The position numbers and the translations under genes were made by a program. The notes beneath the pieces are model-generated. The model did not search any database, had not been told where the DNA came from, and saw only the letters and a program-made list of their open reading frames with translations. Below are positions 50,673-60,045 of a stretch of DNA of 64,000 bases, in pieces. The DNA is from Candidatus Latescibacterota bacterium (GTDB lineage: Bacteria; Latescibacterota; UBA2968; UBA8231), in assembly GCA_965206595.1 (NCBI GenBank), contig OZ242214.1, positions 5,984,001 to 6,048,000 of the forward strand, in the 5' to 3' direction. Position 1 is the first letter of the stretch. Every line of letters begins with the position of its first letter.

Positions 50673-51935
50673 ATGAGAAGCTCGAATCTGCTGTTCTTTG
50701 AAGATGACCTGGATAGCCAACTCCGTGCTCGGCAGCATCGGGTCAGAGGTGCTTTAGACAGCATACCCGAGCAACAGTTCCTGATCTCAAACGATCAGGA
50801 ACTAGTCGATCACATTGTAGCCGAGCTCACAGTTGAGCCGCTCGTGCTTCGTGAAGAAGCAACTACCATGAAGAAAACCGAGACACAGGTGGATGTTTCA
50901 GGCGATCCCAGGCGGGTGTTTCGTCCAGGACAAGGAGGCCCATTCAACATTCCAGGTACGCGCATTGACGTGGATATTCCCTTCACGGGTAACGAGTGGC
51001 TTTTCCAATATCGGACCAATCGGTGGTCTTCCGTGTTTCCACGCGCAGAAGTGAACCGAGGGTATCTTCGAATCTCCATCTCCCTTCCCCACGATGCCGA
51101 GCCGGAAAGATTCAAGGAAACCTACGAGCGCGAGCTAAAGCTAATTAAAGAGTACGTTGAACTGTCGTACAACCAAGTGGTGCCCTATAACAACAGTCTT
51201 CCTCAGTTGGTGCAGGAGGCGATCGCGAATCGCCGGGAGAGGCTCAACAAGCACGCGGATATTGCAGCATTGCTCGACATTCCTCTCGCCCATAAGGCAA
51301 GCGCGCCATCAATCACGCCTGTGAAAGTCGAGATTCGTCGTCCTCCGCCGCTGCCTGTACCGCCCAAGACCGGCCTCGCGCCTGAGCCGGGTATCACAAA
51401 TGAAACCTATGAGCAAATTCTGAACTTCATCCGGCATCAGGGACGGACATTTGAAAGAACTCCTGCCACCTATGCCTTGCACGATGAGCAGGGCTTGCGG
51501 AACATCATTTTGGCACAGTTAAACGGCCATTTTGAGGGTGACGCAGTCGGAGAAGTATTCCGAGGACGCGGGAAGACGGACATTTGTATCGAGCAGGACA
51601 ACCGGGCTGCCTTCATTGGAGAGTGCAAGGTATGGACGGGGCCCGTTAGTCTGACTGCCGCATTTGACCAGCTCTTGGGCTACCTAACATGGCGAGACAG
51701 CAAGGCTTCACTGATTATCTTCAATTCGAAAAACAGGAATTTCTCCAAGATACTGGAAGTGCTGCCTGATACGGTTAGGGATCACCCTCTATTTGTCCGT
51801 AACCTGCCGTGCCTGGAGTCGGGAGAGTGGCGCATTCAGATGCGCAGCACGGAAGATGAGGGACGACGGGTGACTGTTCATCTTTTTGTCTTCAACCTTT
51901 ACCAAAACCTGGAACCTCCCGTCAGAGGACAGTGA
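50673..51935 (+). CDS. Hypothetical protein with C-terminal PD-(D/E)xK nuclease
   Basis: E..LR...GE.F...GKTDI.I...FIGECK.W.G...QLLGY. Confidence 0.7.
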   Translation: MRSSNLLFFEDDLDSQLRARQHRVRGALDSIPEQQFLISNDQELVDHIVAELTVEPLVLREEATTMKKTETQVDVSGDPRRVFRPGQGGPFNIPGTRIDVDIPFTGNEWLFQYRTNRWSSVFPRAEVNRGYLRISISLPHDAEPERFKETYERELKLIKEYVELSYNQVVPYNNSLPQLVQEAIANRRERLNKHADIAALLDIPLAHKASAPSITPVKVEIRRPPPLPVPPKTGLAPEPGITNETYEQILNFIRHQGRTFERTPATYALHDEQGLRNIILAQLNGHFEGDAVGEVFRGRGKTDICIEQDNRAAFIGECKVWTGPVSLTAAFDQLLGYLTWRDSKASLIIFNSKNRNFSKILEVLPDTVRDHPLFVRNLPCLESGEWRIQMRSTEDEGRRVTVHLFVFNLYQNLEPPVRGQ

Positions 51936-52025
51936 GATGCAAACTCACCATTGCGGGGCGTCGGTGGCGAACGACGTGCCCTGATGATGCGCCAACCAAT
52001 GCCGGCGCCTCTTGAGAAGAACGGA

Positions 52026-52336
52026 TGAACCTGCCTTATGCCCCTGCTACTCTCGAAGCCCTGATGTCGGATCTCGAGTCCGGACATGTTGAGCGCAAGG
52101 AGTCGATAAAAAGGGATTCTCCGACCCGGATTTGCCTCGTCGTATGTGCATTTGCCAACGGCTTGTCCAAGCATCGGCGACCGGGGCTCGTCTTCGCGGG
52201 CGTGTGCCGCAAACCGATCTTCGACCTGACCGTGGCCGACGGTGCCATCGGCAGCCACGCGGTGGCCGCCAGCGATGCCTCCAATGACTTCAGGGAGATC
52301 ACACAGGAAATCCTGCGGCGTATAGGGATCGGCTGA
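52026..52336 (+). pseudogene. Schlafen/AlbA_2 fragment
   Basis: DLES..VERKES...VCAFAN..G..F.GV, then diverges. Confidence 0.55.
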
Positions 52337-52369
52337 GCCGGAGATCAACTAGAAAAAGGGACCAAAACC

Positions 52370-53497
52370 ATGGACGAGGAAAGCCACGACAACCGCCTGT
52401 ATCTACCTAGTCTTTCAATTACCGGATTCCGCGGGATCGATGCTCTTACCATTGAGCGGTTGGGCCGCGTGACCTTGCTGGCGGGCAAGAACAGCGTCGG
52501 CAAGACGACGGTTCTGGATGCAGTCCGATTTTATGCGGCGAGGGGTCACAGTGCTGTGCTAACCGAGATACTGGAAAGCAACGAAGAGGTTGCGGTACGT
52601 GTTGACGAGAGCGGCCAAGAAACAGTCGGCCCTTGTTGGGAGGCAATCTTCAACGGACGGGATGCATCCGAAGGGGCCTTCCTTTCGATAGGTCCGAACA
52701 ACGATCCGAATCGACTGGAAATTGCGGCCGTCCCTTCAGATCTACACCCTCCTCCTTGGCGACGCCAGTTTCGGGAATTTTCGGGACGAACTCTAAGAAT
52801 TCTGAAATATGAATTTCATGGTGTGGAACTGACAGAAACTGGGCTATTTTGCCCCTATGCTTTGAGCACCAGAATAACCCGTAGCCGTCGCGTATACCAA
52901 TCATCAGCATGGGCTTCCTTCGAAAATCATGAAATAACATGTCAATCCACAGGGCCGGGCCTGTTGAGTAACAACGAGATCATGGAACGCTGGAATGCAA
53001 TTTCGCTTACCGACGACGAAGACCGGGTAGTGAATGCTCTGCAACCCATCCTCGGCAACGAAGTGAAGCGGATTGCGATCATTGGTGACGAAAGACACGG
53101 TTCACGAGTGGTGGCGAGGCTCCAGGGTCAAGCCTTTCCATTACCCCTAAAAAGCTTTGGGGACGGAGTACTTCGCCTGTTCGGCCTCGCTTTGGTCTTG
53201 GTCACCAGCCGGGATGGATTCCTGCTCATCGACGAAGCGGAAAACGGCATTCACCATTCAGTGCAGCGCGATTACTGGCGCATGGTCCTGCTGGCCGCCC
53301 ACGAAAACAACGTGCAGGTGATTGCCACGACCCACAGCTATGACTGCGTTCGCGGCTTCGCGCAGGCGATGACCGAGTGCGAAGGGATCGAAGGGGCTCT
53401 CGTCCGCCTTGAACGCGAGGACGGACACCTTCGCGCGGTCGAGTATTCGGAGCGCAACCTCAGGGCCGCTGCCAAAAGCCACATTGAGGTGAGGTAG
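52370..53497 (+). CDS. AAA_15/AAA_21 ABC-type ATPase
   Basis: GKNSVGKT, SFGDG, LLIDEAENGIH, TTHS. Confidence 0.88.
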   Translation: MDEESHDNRLYLPSLSITGFRGIDALTIERLGRVTLLAGKNSVGKTTVLDAVRFYAARGHSAVLTEILESNEEVAVRVDESGQETVGPCWEAIFNGRDASEGAFLSIGPNNDPNRLEIAAVPSDLHPPPWRRQFREFSGRTLRILKYEFHGVELTETGLFCPYALSTRITRSRRVYQSSAWASFENHEITCQSTGPGLLSNNEIMERWNAISLTDDEDRVVNALQPILGNEVKRIAIIGDERHGSRVVARLQGQAFPLPLKSFGDGVLRLFGLALVLVTSRDGFLLIDEAENGIHHSVQRDYWRMVLLAAHENNVQVIATTHSYDCVRGFAQAMTECEGIEGALVRLEREDGHLRAVEYSERNLRAAAKSHIEVR

Positions 53498-53501
53498 GCA
53501 T

Positions 53502-54107
53502 ATGGACGGGAATACCCAGGTTCTCCTTGTCGAGGGGCAGGACGAAAGGCATGTCGTCTGGCATCTCTTCAATCTCCGCGAAGAGATGCCGGAGTTCTGC
53601 ATTCTCGATAAGAAAGGAATAGACAACCTTCTCGAAGACATCGGCGCGGAAATCCGGGCACCTAACCGCAAGGTAGTCGGCATTCTCCTGGACGCGAATG
53701 ACGACCTGTACGCCCGATGGAGTGCGGTTTCCAACAGACTTCGGGAAGAGGAGATCGAAGTGCCAGAGAGCCCCGAAGCAGGCGGTACCATTTTGGACGG
53801 CACTCCTCGAATCGGCATCTGGTTGATGCCCGACAATACATCCTCAGGGGAGCTCGAAGATTTCGTCTCGGCAATGATCTCTGACGGCGATCCAGTTTGG
53901 CCGTTAGCTCAGGACTACATCGACGGAATACCGAGGGAAGACCGAAAGTTTACCGAGAAAAAGATTCAGCGGGCAAAGCTCCATTCCTGGCTTGCAACCA
54001 GGAAAGAACCAAGGAAATTGGGTACAGCCATCCACACCGGGGATTTGAGGGTGGACGGAAAACTCAGCACAACATTCGCGGACTGGCTGCGGAAACTGTT
54101 CAATTGA
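53502..54107 (+). CDS. DUF3226 (TOPRIM-like) protein
   Basis: LLVEGQDE, GILLDAND, WLMPDN...GELEDF, KL.SWLA. Confidence 0.75.
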   Translation: MDGNTQVLLVEGQDERHVVWHLFNLREEMPEFCILDKKGIDNLLEDIGAEIRAPNRKVVGILLDANDDLYARWSAVSNRLREEEIEVPESPEAGGTILDGTPRIGIWLMPDNTSSGELEDFVSAMISDGDPVWPLAQDYIDGIPREDRKFTEKKIQRAKLHSWLATRKEPRKLGTAIHTGDLRVDGKLSTTFADWLRKLFN

Positions 54108-54126
54108 ATCGGTATAGTACCATATC

Positions 54127-55356
54127 ATGGGTCCTGCTGAACTGAATCTTGCCCGCCGACTCCGGCTCGGAGATGACTCGCCTCTGGAGGTCATGCGCGT
54201 CCTGCTGTCCGGTCGCCGCGTCACCAGCCCGGACCGGAACGAATTCGCCGACCAGCTCGCCGCCTTTGCCAACGCACGCGGCGGAACGCTCCTCATGGGA
54301 GTGGACGACGCCACCCACGAGGTCCTGGGCATCCCATTGGATTCCCTCGATGTAGTCGAGGACTGGGTGCGCGAAATCTGCAACGACTCGGTGAAGCCCT
54401 CGCTCGACGTCGACATCCTCAAGCTCGAACTGTCGAATGCCTCGGGAACGCTCGTTCCGGTCGTCCGCATCGAGGTCCCCCGCGGCCTGTTCGTTCACGA
54501 GAGTCCGGGTGGATACTTCCACAGGACGGTCAGGTCGAAGCGAGAAATGGCACCCGATGTGCTGGCCCGGCTCTTCCACGAACGCAGCCAGGGCGGTATG
54601 ATCCGCTTCGACGAATCGCCGGTGCCCCGCACCGGGCCGGGCGATCTCGACTATTCCCTTACTCGCCGGTTCCTGCGGGAGGATTCTCAGGAGAGCGTCA
54701 ACGAGGCGGCGGCACGAAAGCTCCGCCTCGTGGCCGATGACCAGGACAACGTCGCCCGCCTCACACTCGCAGGAGTTCTGCTGGGTACGCGCGAGCCGCA
54801 ACAGTGGCTACCCCATGCATGCATACAAGCCATCAGCTATGCGGGTGAGCGCACCGATGCCGACTATCAGACCGACGCCCGTGACATTGTTGGGCCGCTT
54901 GACGAGCAGGTCGCCGAGGCAATGCACTTTGTGCGGCGGAACATGCTCGTGCGGGCCACCAAGACCATGGCCCGAGTCGAGCGCCCGCAGTTCAGCGAGC
55001 GGGCCGTGTTCGAGGCCCTGGTGAATGCCGTGGCTCACCGCGACTACTCCGTGGCGGGTTCCCAAATTCGTCTGCATCTCTTCGGAGACCGCCTCGAACT
55101 CTACGTCCCCGGTGACCTGGCGTATACGCTCTCCCCGCACAGTCTGCACCTGCGGCAGGCCAGCCGGAATGAACTCATCGCCTCCCTTTTGGCTCGCTGT
55201 CCTGCGCCCGGCGGTTTCGGCCGGACGCATTTGATGGACCGCCGCGGCGATGGCGTGCGGATTATCCGGGAAGAGTGCAGGCAGCTTTCGGGCCGCCTTC
55301 CTCAATACAACCTGGTTGACGACATCGAGTTGCGGTTGGTGATCCGGGCGGCATGA
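54127..55356 (+). CDS. Schlafen/AlbA_2 + HATPase_c_4 protein
   Basis: AAFANARGG.L.MGV.D, EALVNAVAHRDY, RN.LIA...G.G. Confidence 0.85.
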   Translation: MGPAELNLARRLRLGDDSPLEVMRVLLSGRRVTSPDRNEFADQLAAFANARGGTLLMGVDDATHEVLGIPLDSLDVVEDWVREICNDSVKPSLDVDILKLELSNASGTLVPVVRIEVPRGLFVHESPGGYFHRTVRSKREMAPDVLARLFHERSQGGMIRFDESPVPRTGPGDLDYSLTRRFLREDSQESVNEAAARKLRLVADDQDNVARLTLAGVLLGTREPQQWLPHACIQAISYAGERTDADYQTDARDIVGPLDEQVAEAMHFVRRNMLVRATKTMARVERPQFSERAVFEALVNAVAHRDYSVAGSQIRLHLFGDRLELYVPGDLAYTLSPHSLHLRQASRNELIASLLARCPAPGGFGRTHLMDRRGDGVRIIREECRQLSGRLPQYNLVDDIELRLVIRAA

Positions 55357-55790
55357 AGCTCTCTACCATCGGCTTCACCAGGAAACCTGCCCGCCGTTTT
55401 TTCGAACTACTCCGTCAGTCGGGCGCAAAGCGTGTCGTCGATGTGCGGCTCAACAACGGGTCGCAGCTCGCCGGTTTCACCAAGAAGGACGACCTCCCCT
55501 ACTTTCTCGATAAGCTTTGCGGCATGGAGTACGTCCACCTTCCCGCGCTGGCCCCGACGAAGGAAATTCTCGACGACTACAAGAAGCGGAAGGGGGACTG
55601 GGAGACCTACGAGGACCGCTTCCTCGCCCTGATGCGGGAGCGGCGGATCGAGGAGACGGTTCCCAGGGAGATGGTCGCTGACGGTTGCCTCCTGTGCAGC
55701 GAGGACAAGCCCCACCACTGCCACCGGCGCCTCGTTGCCGAGTACCTGGACCAGCATTGGGGCGGCGTCGAGATCTTCCATCTCGGATAG
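55353..55790 (+). CDS. DUF488 family protein
   Basis: TIGF, VVDVR, LLCSE..PHHCHRRLVAE. Confidence 0.85.
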   Translation: MKLSTIGFTRKPARRFFELLRQSGAKRVVDVRLNNGSQLAGFTKKDDLPYFLDKLCGMEYVHLPALAPTKEILDDYKKRKGDWETYEDRFLALMRERRIEETVPREMVADGCLLCSEDKPHHCHRRLVAEYLDQHWGGVEIFHLG

Positions 55791-55800
55791 GAAGCACAGC

Positions 55801-56124
55801 ATGATACCCGCCTCGGAAACATTCATACCGATCATGGTTGAGCGCATCGTGGAGGGCTTCGCGCCTTACCGCGTAGTCCTGTTCGGCTCGCACTTGCGGG
55901 GCGCGACCCACAAGTGGAGCGACGTCGACTTGCTGGTGGTGTTGCCGAACGGTACCGATCAGCACCATGCCGCCGTCGAAATCCACCGGGCCTTGGGCGA
56001 TCTGCCGGTGGCCAAGGACATCGTCGTGACCACGCCGGAGGAAATCAGCCGTCGCGGTCACGTCATCGGTGGTGTGCTGTACGCGGCACTGCGGGAGGGG
56101 GAAACCATCTATGAACGACCCTGA
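55801..56124 (+). CDS. Minimal nucleotidyltransferase (MNT) antitoxin
   Basis: LFGS..RG.....SDVDLLVV. Confidence 0.88.
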   Translation: MIPASETFIPIMVERIVEGFAPYRVVLFGSHLRGATHKWSDVDLLVVLPNGTDQHHAAVEIHRALGDLPVAKDIVVTTPEEISRRGHVIGGVLYAALREGETIYERP

Positions 56125-56515
56125 GCGCCTCCGTGAAGGGCGTCGCTGGCTTCGTTTCGCGAGGGAGGATCTCGATGTGGCGAAGGAGTTGCTTGGCGGG
56201 CGACGAATCCGACACGCCTGCTTTTGCGCCCAGCAAGCGGCCGAAAAGGCGCTAAAGGCGGCGCTCCTGCTTGAGGGACTCGAGATCCCCTACATACACG
56301 ATTTGAATGCCGTGCGGAACCGGTTACCTGATTCGTGGTCCGTGCGGAGCGAACATCCCGATCTTGCTGAACTCACGGTATGGGCAGCTGAATCTCGGTA
56401 CCCCGGGGATTGGCAGGAGGCCACAGCGGTCGATGCCGAACGGGCGGTGTCGCAGGCCGGAGGGGTCTACGACTCAATAGCGGCCGAGTTCGAGCAGCGC
56501 ACAAACGCTGCATAA
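56111..56515 (+). CDS. HEPN-domain protein
   Basis: A.EDL..A, CF.AQQAAEKALKA, HDL, SRYP; overlaps MNT gene. Confidence 0.88.
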   Translation: MNDPERLREGRRWLRFAREDLDVAKELLGGRRIRHACFCAQQAAEKALKAALLLEGLEIPYIHDLNAVRNRLPDSWSVRSEHPDLAELTVWAAESRYPGDWQEATAVDAERAVSQAGGVYDSIAAEFEQRTNAA

Positions 56516-56556
56516 GTCATTAAAGGCCCCACCCCAACGGAAAAGAGAACCAGCAT

Positions 56557-59199
56557 ATGGCAATCACGAACCACGAGCGCGTCGGCACGGCGATGGAGTT
56601 GCTCCGTCAGGGACTGGCCCCGTTCGTCGAACGCGAGCTGAACGACAAGGTCAAGAGGAACGCCGTCGACATGGACGTTCTTCGCCGCTTCGAGATCGAC
56701 AAGCCGTACCGCGAGTGGGACGCGGCTGCCCTCCTCCGGCTGATGGGGGATAACTGGAGGGACGTCTTCAGCGACACCCTCGGCTACACAGAGCGCAGCC
56801 TGGTTTCCGAGCTGCGTGAATGGCGCAACAAGTGGGCGCACCAGGAGCGCTTCTCCAGCGACGACGCCGACCGCGCCCTTGACTCCGCGGAGCGTCTTCT
56901 CACCGCGGTTTCCGCCCCCCAGGCGGCCGAGGCCGCAAAGATGAAGCTGGAGCTGCGCCGGCGGGTGTTCGACGAACAGGTGCGTGGGGAGCAGCGCCGG
57001 GCCATCGGCAGTCTTGTCGAAACCGTGAGCGCCGGTGGCCTCCAGCCCTGGCGCGAGGTGGTGATCCCTCACACCGACGTGGCCAGCGGCCGCTATCAGC
57101 AGGCGGAGTTCGCCGCCGACTTGGGGCAGGTGCACCTGGGCGAGGGCACGGACGAGTACCGCGACCCCGGGGAATTCTTCCGGCGCACCTTCCTCACCGA
57201 CAGTCTCAAGCGGTTGCTGGCCGGCGGCGCCCAGCGTCTCGCCGGCAAAGGCGGTGACCCGGTGGTGCAGCTGCAGACCAACTTCGGGGGCGGCAAGACC
57301 CACTCGATGCTGGCGCTCTACCACCTGTACTCCGGAATCCCTGCTCGCGAACTCACCGGCATGGACGAGGTGCTGGCGGAAGCCGGGGTCCAGATTCCCT
57401 CGGAGGTTAAGCGCGTGGTGCTGGTCGGCAACCGGATTTCACCGGGAAACCCGGTGACCAAAGCGGACGGCACGGTGGTGCGCACCATGTGGGGCGAGCT
57501 CGCCTGGCAGATCGGCGGCAGGGAGGGGTTCGAGCGGGTGCGTGCCGACGACGAGCGGGCGACCAGCCCGGGGGACGTGCTGCGGGAGTTGCTGCAGGAG
57601 TACGGGCCCTGCCTGGTTCTGATCGACGAGTGGGTCTCCTACGCGCGCCAGCTTCACGACGACCCCGATCTGCCGGCGGGCAGCTTCGAGACTCAGTTCA
57701 CCTTCGCACAGGCGCTGACCGAGTCGGTGAAGCTCACGGGCAACTGCCTGCTGGTGGTCTCGCTGCCGGCTTCCGACATCTCGACTCCCGATTCTCCCCA
57801 CACCGAGGCGGACGACGCCGAGGTCGGGGGCGTTCGCGGGCGCGGCGCCCTGGATCGGCTGCGCAACGTGCTGGGCCGGATCGACTCTCCGTGGAGGCCG
57901 GCCAGCGCCGAGGAGAGCTTCGAGATCGTGCGCCGGCGGTTGTTCGAGCCTCTCGCCGGGCCGGACCCCTTCACGCAGCGCGACGTCACCGCCCGCGCCT
58001 TCTCCGAACTGTATCGCTTACAACAGGTCGAGTTCCCCGCGGAGTGCCGCACCGCCGACTACGAGCGCCGCATCCGGACCGCCTACCCGATTCATCCCGA
58101 GATCTTCGACCGACTCTACACGGACTGGTCCGCCCTCGCCAAGTTTCAGCGCACCCGGGGCGTGTTGCGCCTGATGGCCGCGGTGATCCACAGCCTGTGG
58201 GAGCGGGGGGACCAGAACCCACTGCTGCTGCCCTCCACCCTTCCCATCGACGACGACCGCGTGCGCAACGAGCTGACCCGCTACCTCTCCGACAACTGGA
58301 ACCCCGTCATCGACAAGGACGTCGACGGCCCGGGCTCGCTGCCGGTCGCCATCGACGGGAGGGCGCCCAACCTCGGCAAGCTCTCCGCCACGCGGCGGGT
58401 GGCGCGCACCGTCTACCTCGGCTCGGCGCCTACTACCGCGGCGGCGCACCGCGGCATCGACGACTCCCGGGTCAAGCTCGGATGCGTCATGCCGGGGGAA
58501 TCTCCGGCGGTCTTCGGCGACGCCCTGCGCAGGCTGGCGGCGGAGGCGACCTATCTCTACCAGGACGGCCCGAGGCAGTGGTACGCCACCCAGCCGACGG
58601 TCACCAAGCTGGCCGAGGACCGGGCCGAGCAACTGGCCGGCAACCCCGACGCGGTCGCCAGGGAGCTGGAGGAGCGGCTGAAGAAGGACCTGCGCAGCAC
58701 CGGGGACTTCGACCGCATCCACACCCTGCCCCGCTCGGGAGCGGACGTGCCGGACGACCTCGACGCACGGCTGGTGGTGCTCTCCGCGGAGCATCCCTGT
58801 TCGAGGGACCCGGACAATGCGGCCGAGGTGGCGGCCCGGGAAATCCTGGAGTCGCGCGGCAGTACGCCGAGGCTGTTCCGCAACACCCTGGTCTTCCTGG
58901 CGGTCGACAAGGTGCGGTACCAGGACCTCGACGAGGCCCTGCGCCGCTACCTGGCCTGGGTGTCGATCCTCGACGAGAAGGAGGAGCTCAACCTCGACCC
59001 GCATCAGGCCCGGCAGGCGGAAACGCAGATGAAGGCAGCCGACGAGGCGGTGACCGCGCGGCTGCCGGAGGCGTACCAGTGGCTGCTGGTTCCGGGACAG
59101 GAAAGGCCGGATGCGGCGGCACCTACATCGAATCCTACGCAATCATGCGGATGCAGGATGAAGGAGGACGAGAGTAGAATCCATAAAGGAATTAAATGA
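56557..59199 (+). CDS. DUF499 AAA+ ATPase with N-terminal Swt1-like HEPN; 3'-truncated at ~59120
   Basis: RNKWAH, QTNFGGGKTH, LIDE, YPIHP, FQRTRGVLR; last ~25 codons lie in compositionally different DNA. Confidence 0.88.
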   Translation: MAITNHERVGTAMELLRQGLAPFVERELNDKVKRNAVDMDVLRRFEIDKPYREWDAAALLRLMGDNWRDVFSDTLGYTERSLVSELREWRNKWAHQERFSSDDADRALDSAERLLTAVSAPQAAEAAKMKLELRRRVFDEQVRGEQRRAIGSLVETVSAGGLQPWREVVIPHTDVASGRYQQAEFAADLGQVHLGEGTDEYRDPGEFFRRTFLTDSLKRLLAGGAQRLAGKGGDPVVQLQTNFGGGKTHSMLALYHLYSGIPARELTGMDEVLAEAGVQIPSEVKRVVLVGNRISPGNPVTKADGTVVRTMWGELAWQIGGREGFERVRADDERATSPGDVLRELLQEYGPCLVLIDEWVSYARQLHDDPDLPAGSFETQFTFAQALTESVKLTGNCLLVVSLPASDISTPDSPHTEADDAEVGGVRGRGALDRLRNVLGRIDSPWRPASAEESFEIVRRRLFEPLAGPDPFTQRDVTARAFSELYRLQQVEFPAECRTADYERRIRTAYPIHPEIFDRLYTDWSALAKFQRTRGVLRLMAAVIHSLWERGDQNPLLLPSTLPIDDDRVRNELTRYLSDNWNPVIDKDVDGPGSLPVAIDGRAPNLGKLSATRRVARTVYLGSAPTTAAAHRGIDDSRVKLGCVMPGESPAVFGDALRRLAAEATYLYQDGPRQWYATQPTVTKLAEDRAEQLAGNPDAVARELEERLKKDLRSTGDFDRIHTLPRSGADVPDDLDARLVVLSAEHPCSRDPDNAAEVAAREILESRGSTPRLFRNTLVFLAVDKVRYQDLDEALRRYLAWVSILDEKEELNLDPHQARQAETQMKAADEAVTARLPEAYQWLLVPGQERPDAAAPTSNPTQSCGCRMKEDESRIHKGIK

Positions 59200-59473
59200 A
59201 ATCGAATCTAAATGCAGTAAATGTGACTATCCAGGCGGAGAAAAGACGTTTCGTAATCAGGTTTGCATGCCTATTAACGGTAAAGTTCAGTGCATCGACC
59301 ATTGTATCCATCATATCGTTGCTGCTCTTAATGCTGGCGGAGTCCGAACTATAGCGAGCTGTTGCGGTCACGGAAAAACGAAGGGGGATATAATCCTTGA
59401 AGATGGCCGCGTATTAATCATTCAGAGTAGGCCAGAATCGACGGAAGAATGGGGTAAAGCTGTCACTCTCTAA
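59174..59473 (+). CDS. Small Cys-rich TYW3-like (SCCGHG) MGE protein
   Basis: ID.CI..IV.ALN.GG..T..SCCGHG; frame stays open upstream to a GTA codon behind RBS aaggagg. Confidence 0.5.
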   Translation, partial: VESIKELNEIESKCSKCDYPGGEKTFRNQVCMPINGKVQCIDHCIHHIVAALNAGGVRTIASCCGHGKTKGDIILEDGRVLIIQSRPESTEEWGKAVTL

Positions 59474-59679
59474 CTGGTATGACAGTTAGGAGAGCAGTAA
59501 GCACACCCGTTAGATTTCTCGAAATATTCCTTGGCTTTTTCAACTGCCTCTTGGCAGGTGTCAAATTCCCCGAGATAAGTTCGGTTATCGTGATATGGAA
59601 TCCGCTTGCATCCAATTTCATGAACTTCATGGTCTCCATTGTCTTGTTCATTCTTGTTCACGAAAAAATGTTTTGCCAT
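59470..59679 (-). CDS. Small His/Cys-rich hypothetical protein
   Basis: GDHEVH..GC...YLG.F..C...NGC.YC. Confidence 0.65.
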   Translation of the reverse strand: MAKHFFVNKNEQDNGDHEVHEIGCKRIPYHDNRTYLGEFDTCQEAVEKAKEYFEKSNGCAYCSPNCHTS

Positions 59680-59910
59680 CGGAAGCAGTTCGAGGATGCC
59701 GGGCTCGACACTCCGAGTGATTCGACCATTGCCGAGATACGGAATGAATTTCTCGGGGAAGGTCCCGACATCGGCCCGGTGACGTTTGCGTATGTCCTGG
59801 AAGGAAATGCTCTGTTGTTGTCCACCGACAATGAAAGTATTGCCCTCTCTCGAAGTAGGGTAACCGCAGTAATAACAACAAGTTGGGGTAGGATCAAGTC
59901 ACGGAATTAG
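59680..59910 (+). pseudogene. 3' remnant of a gene ending in TAVITTSWGRIK
   Basis: C-terminal motif shared with 61982-62944; followed by terminator. Confidence 0.5.
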
Positions 59911-59918
59911 GCTTGTCG

Positions 59919-59953
59919 GCGGCGGGTATCTTCGGATAGTTGCCGCTTTTTTT
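59919..59953 (+). terminator. Intrinsic terminator
   Basis: gcggc...ttcg...gccgc stem followed by T7. Confidence 0.7.
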
Positions 59954-60045
59954 AGCCTCTTGACAGGGCTCCGGGGAATGCCGTAGCGTTGGGGATCGAG
60001 ACAGCAAACAGGTGAACAATCGTTCAGACGAAAGGATCAGGAATA

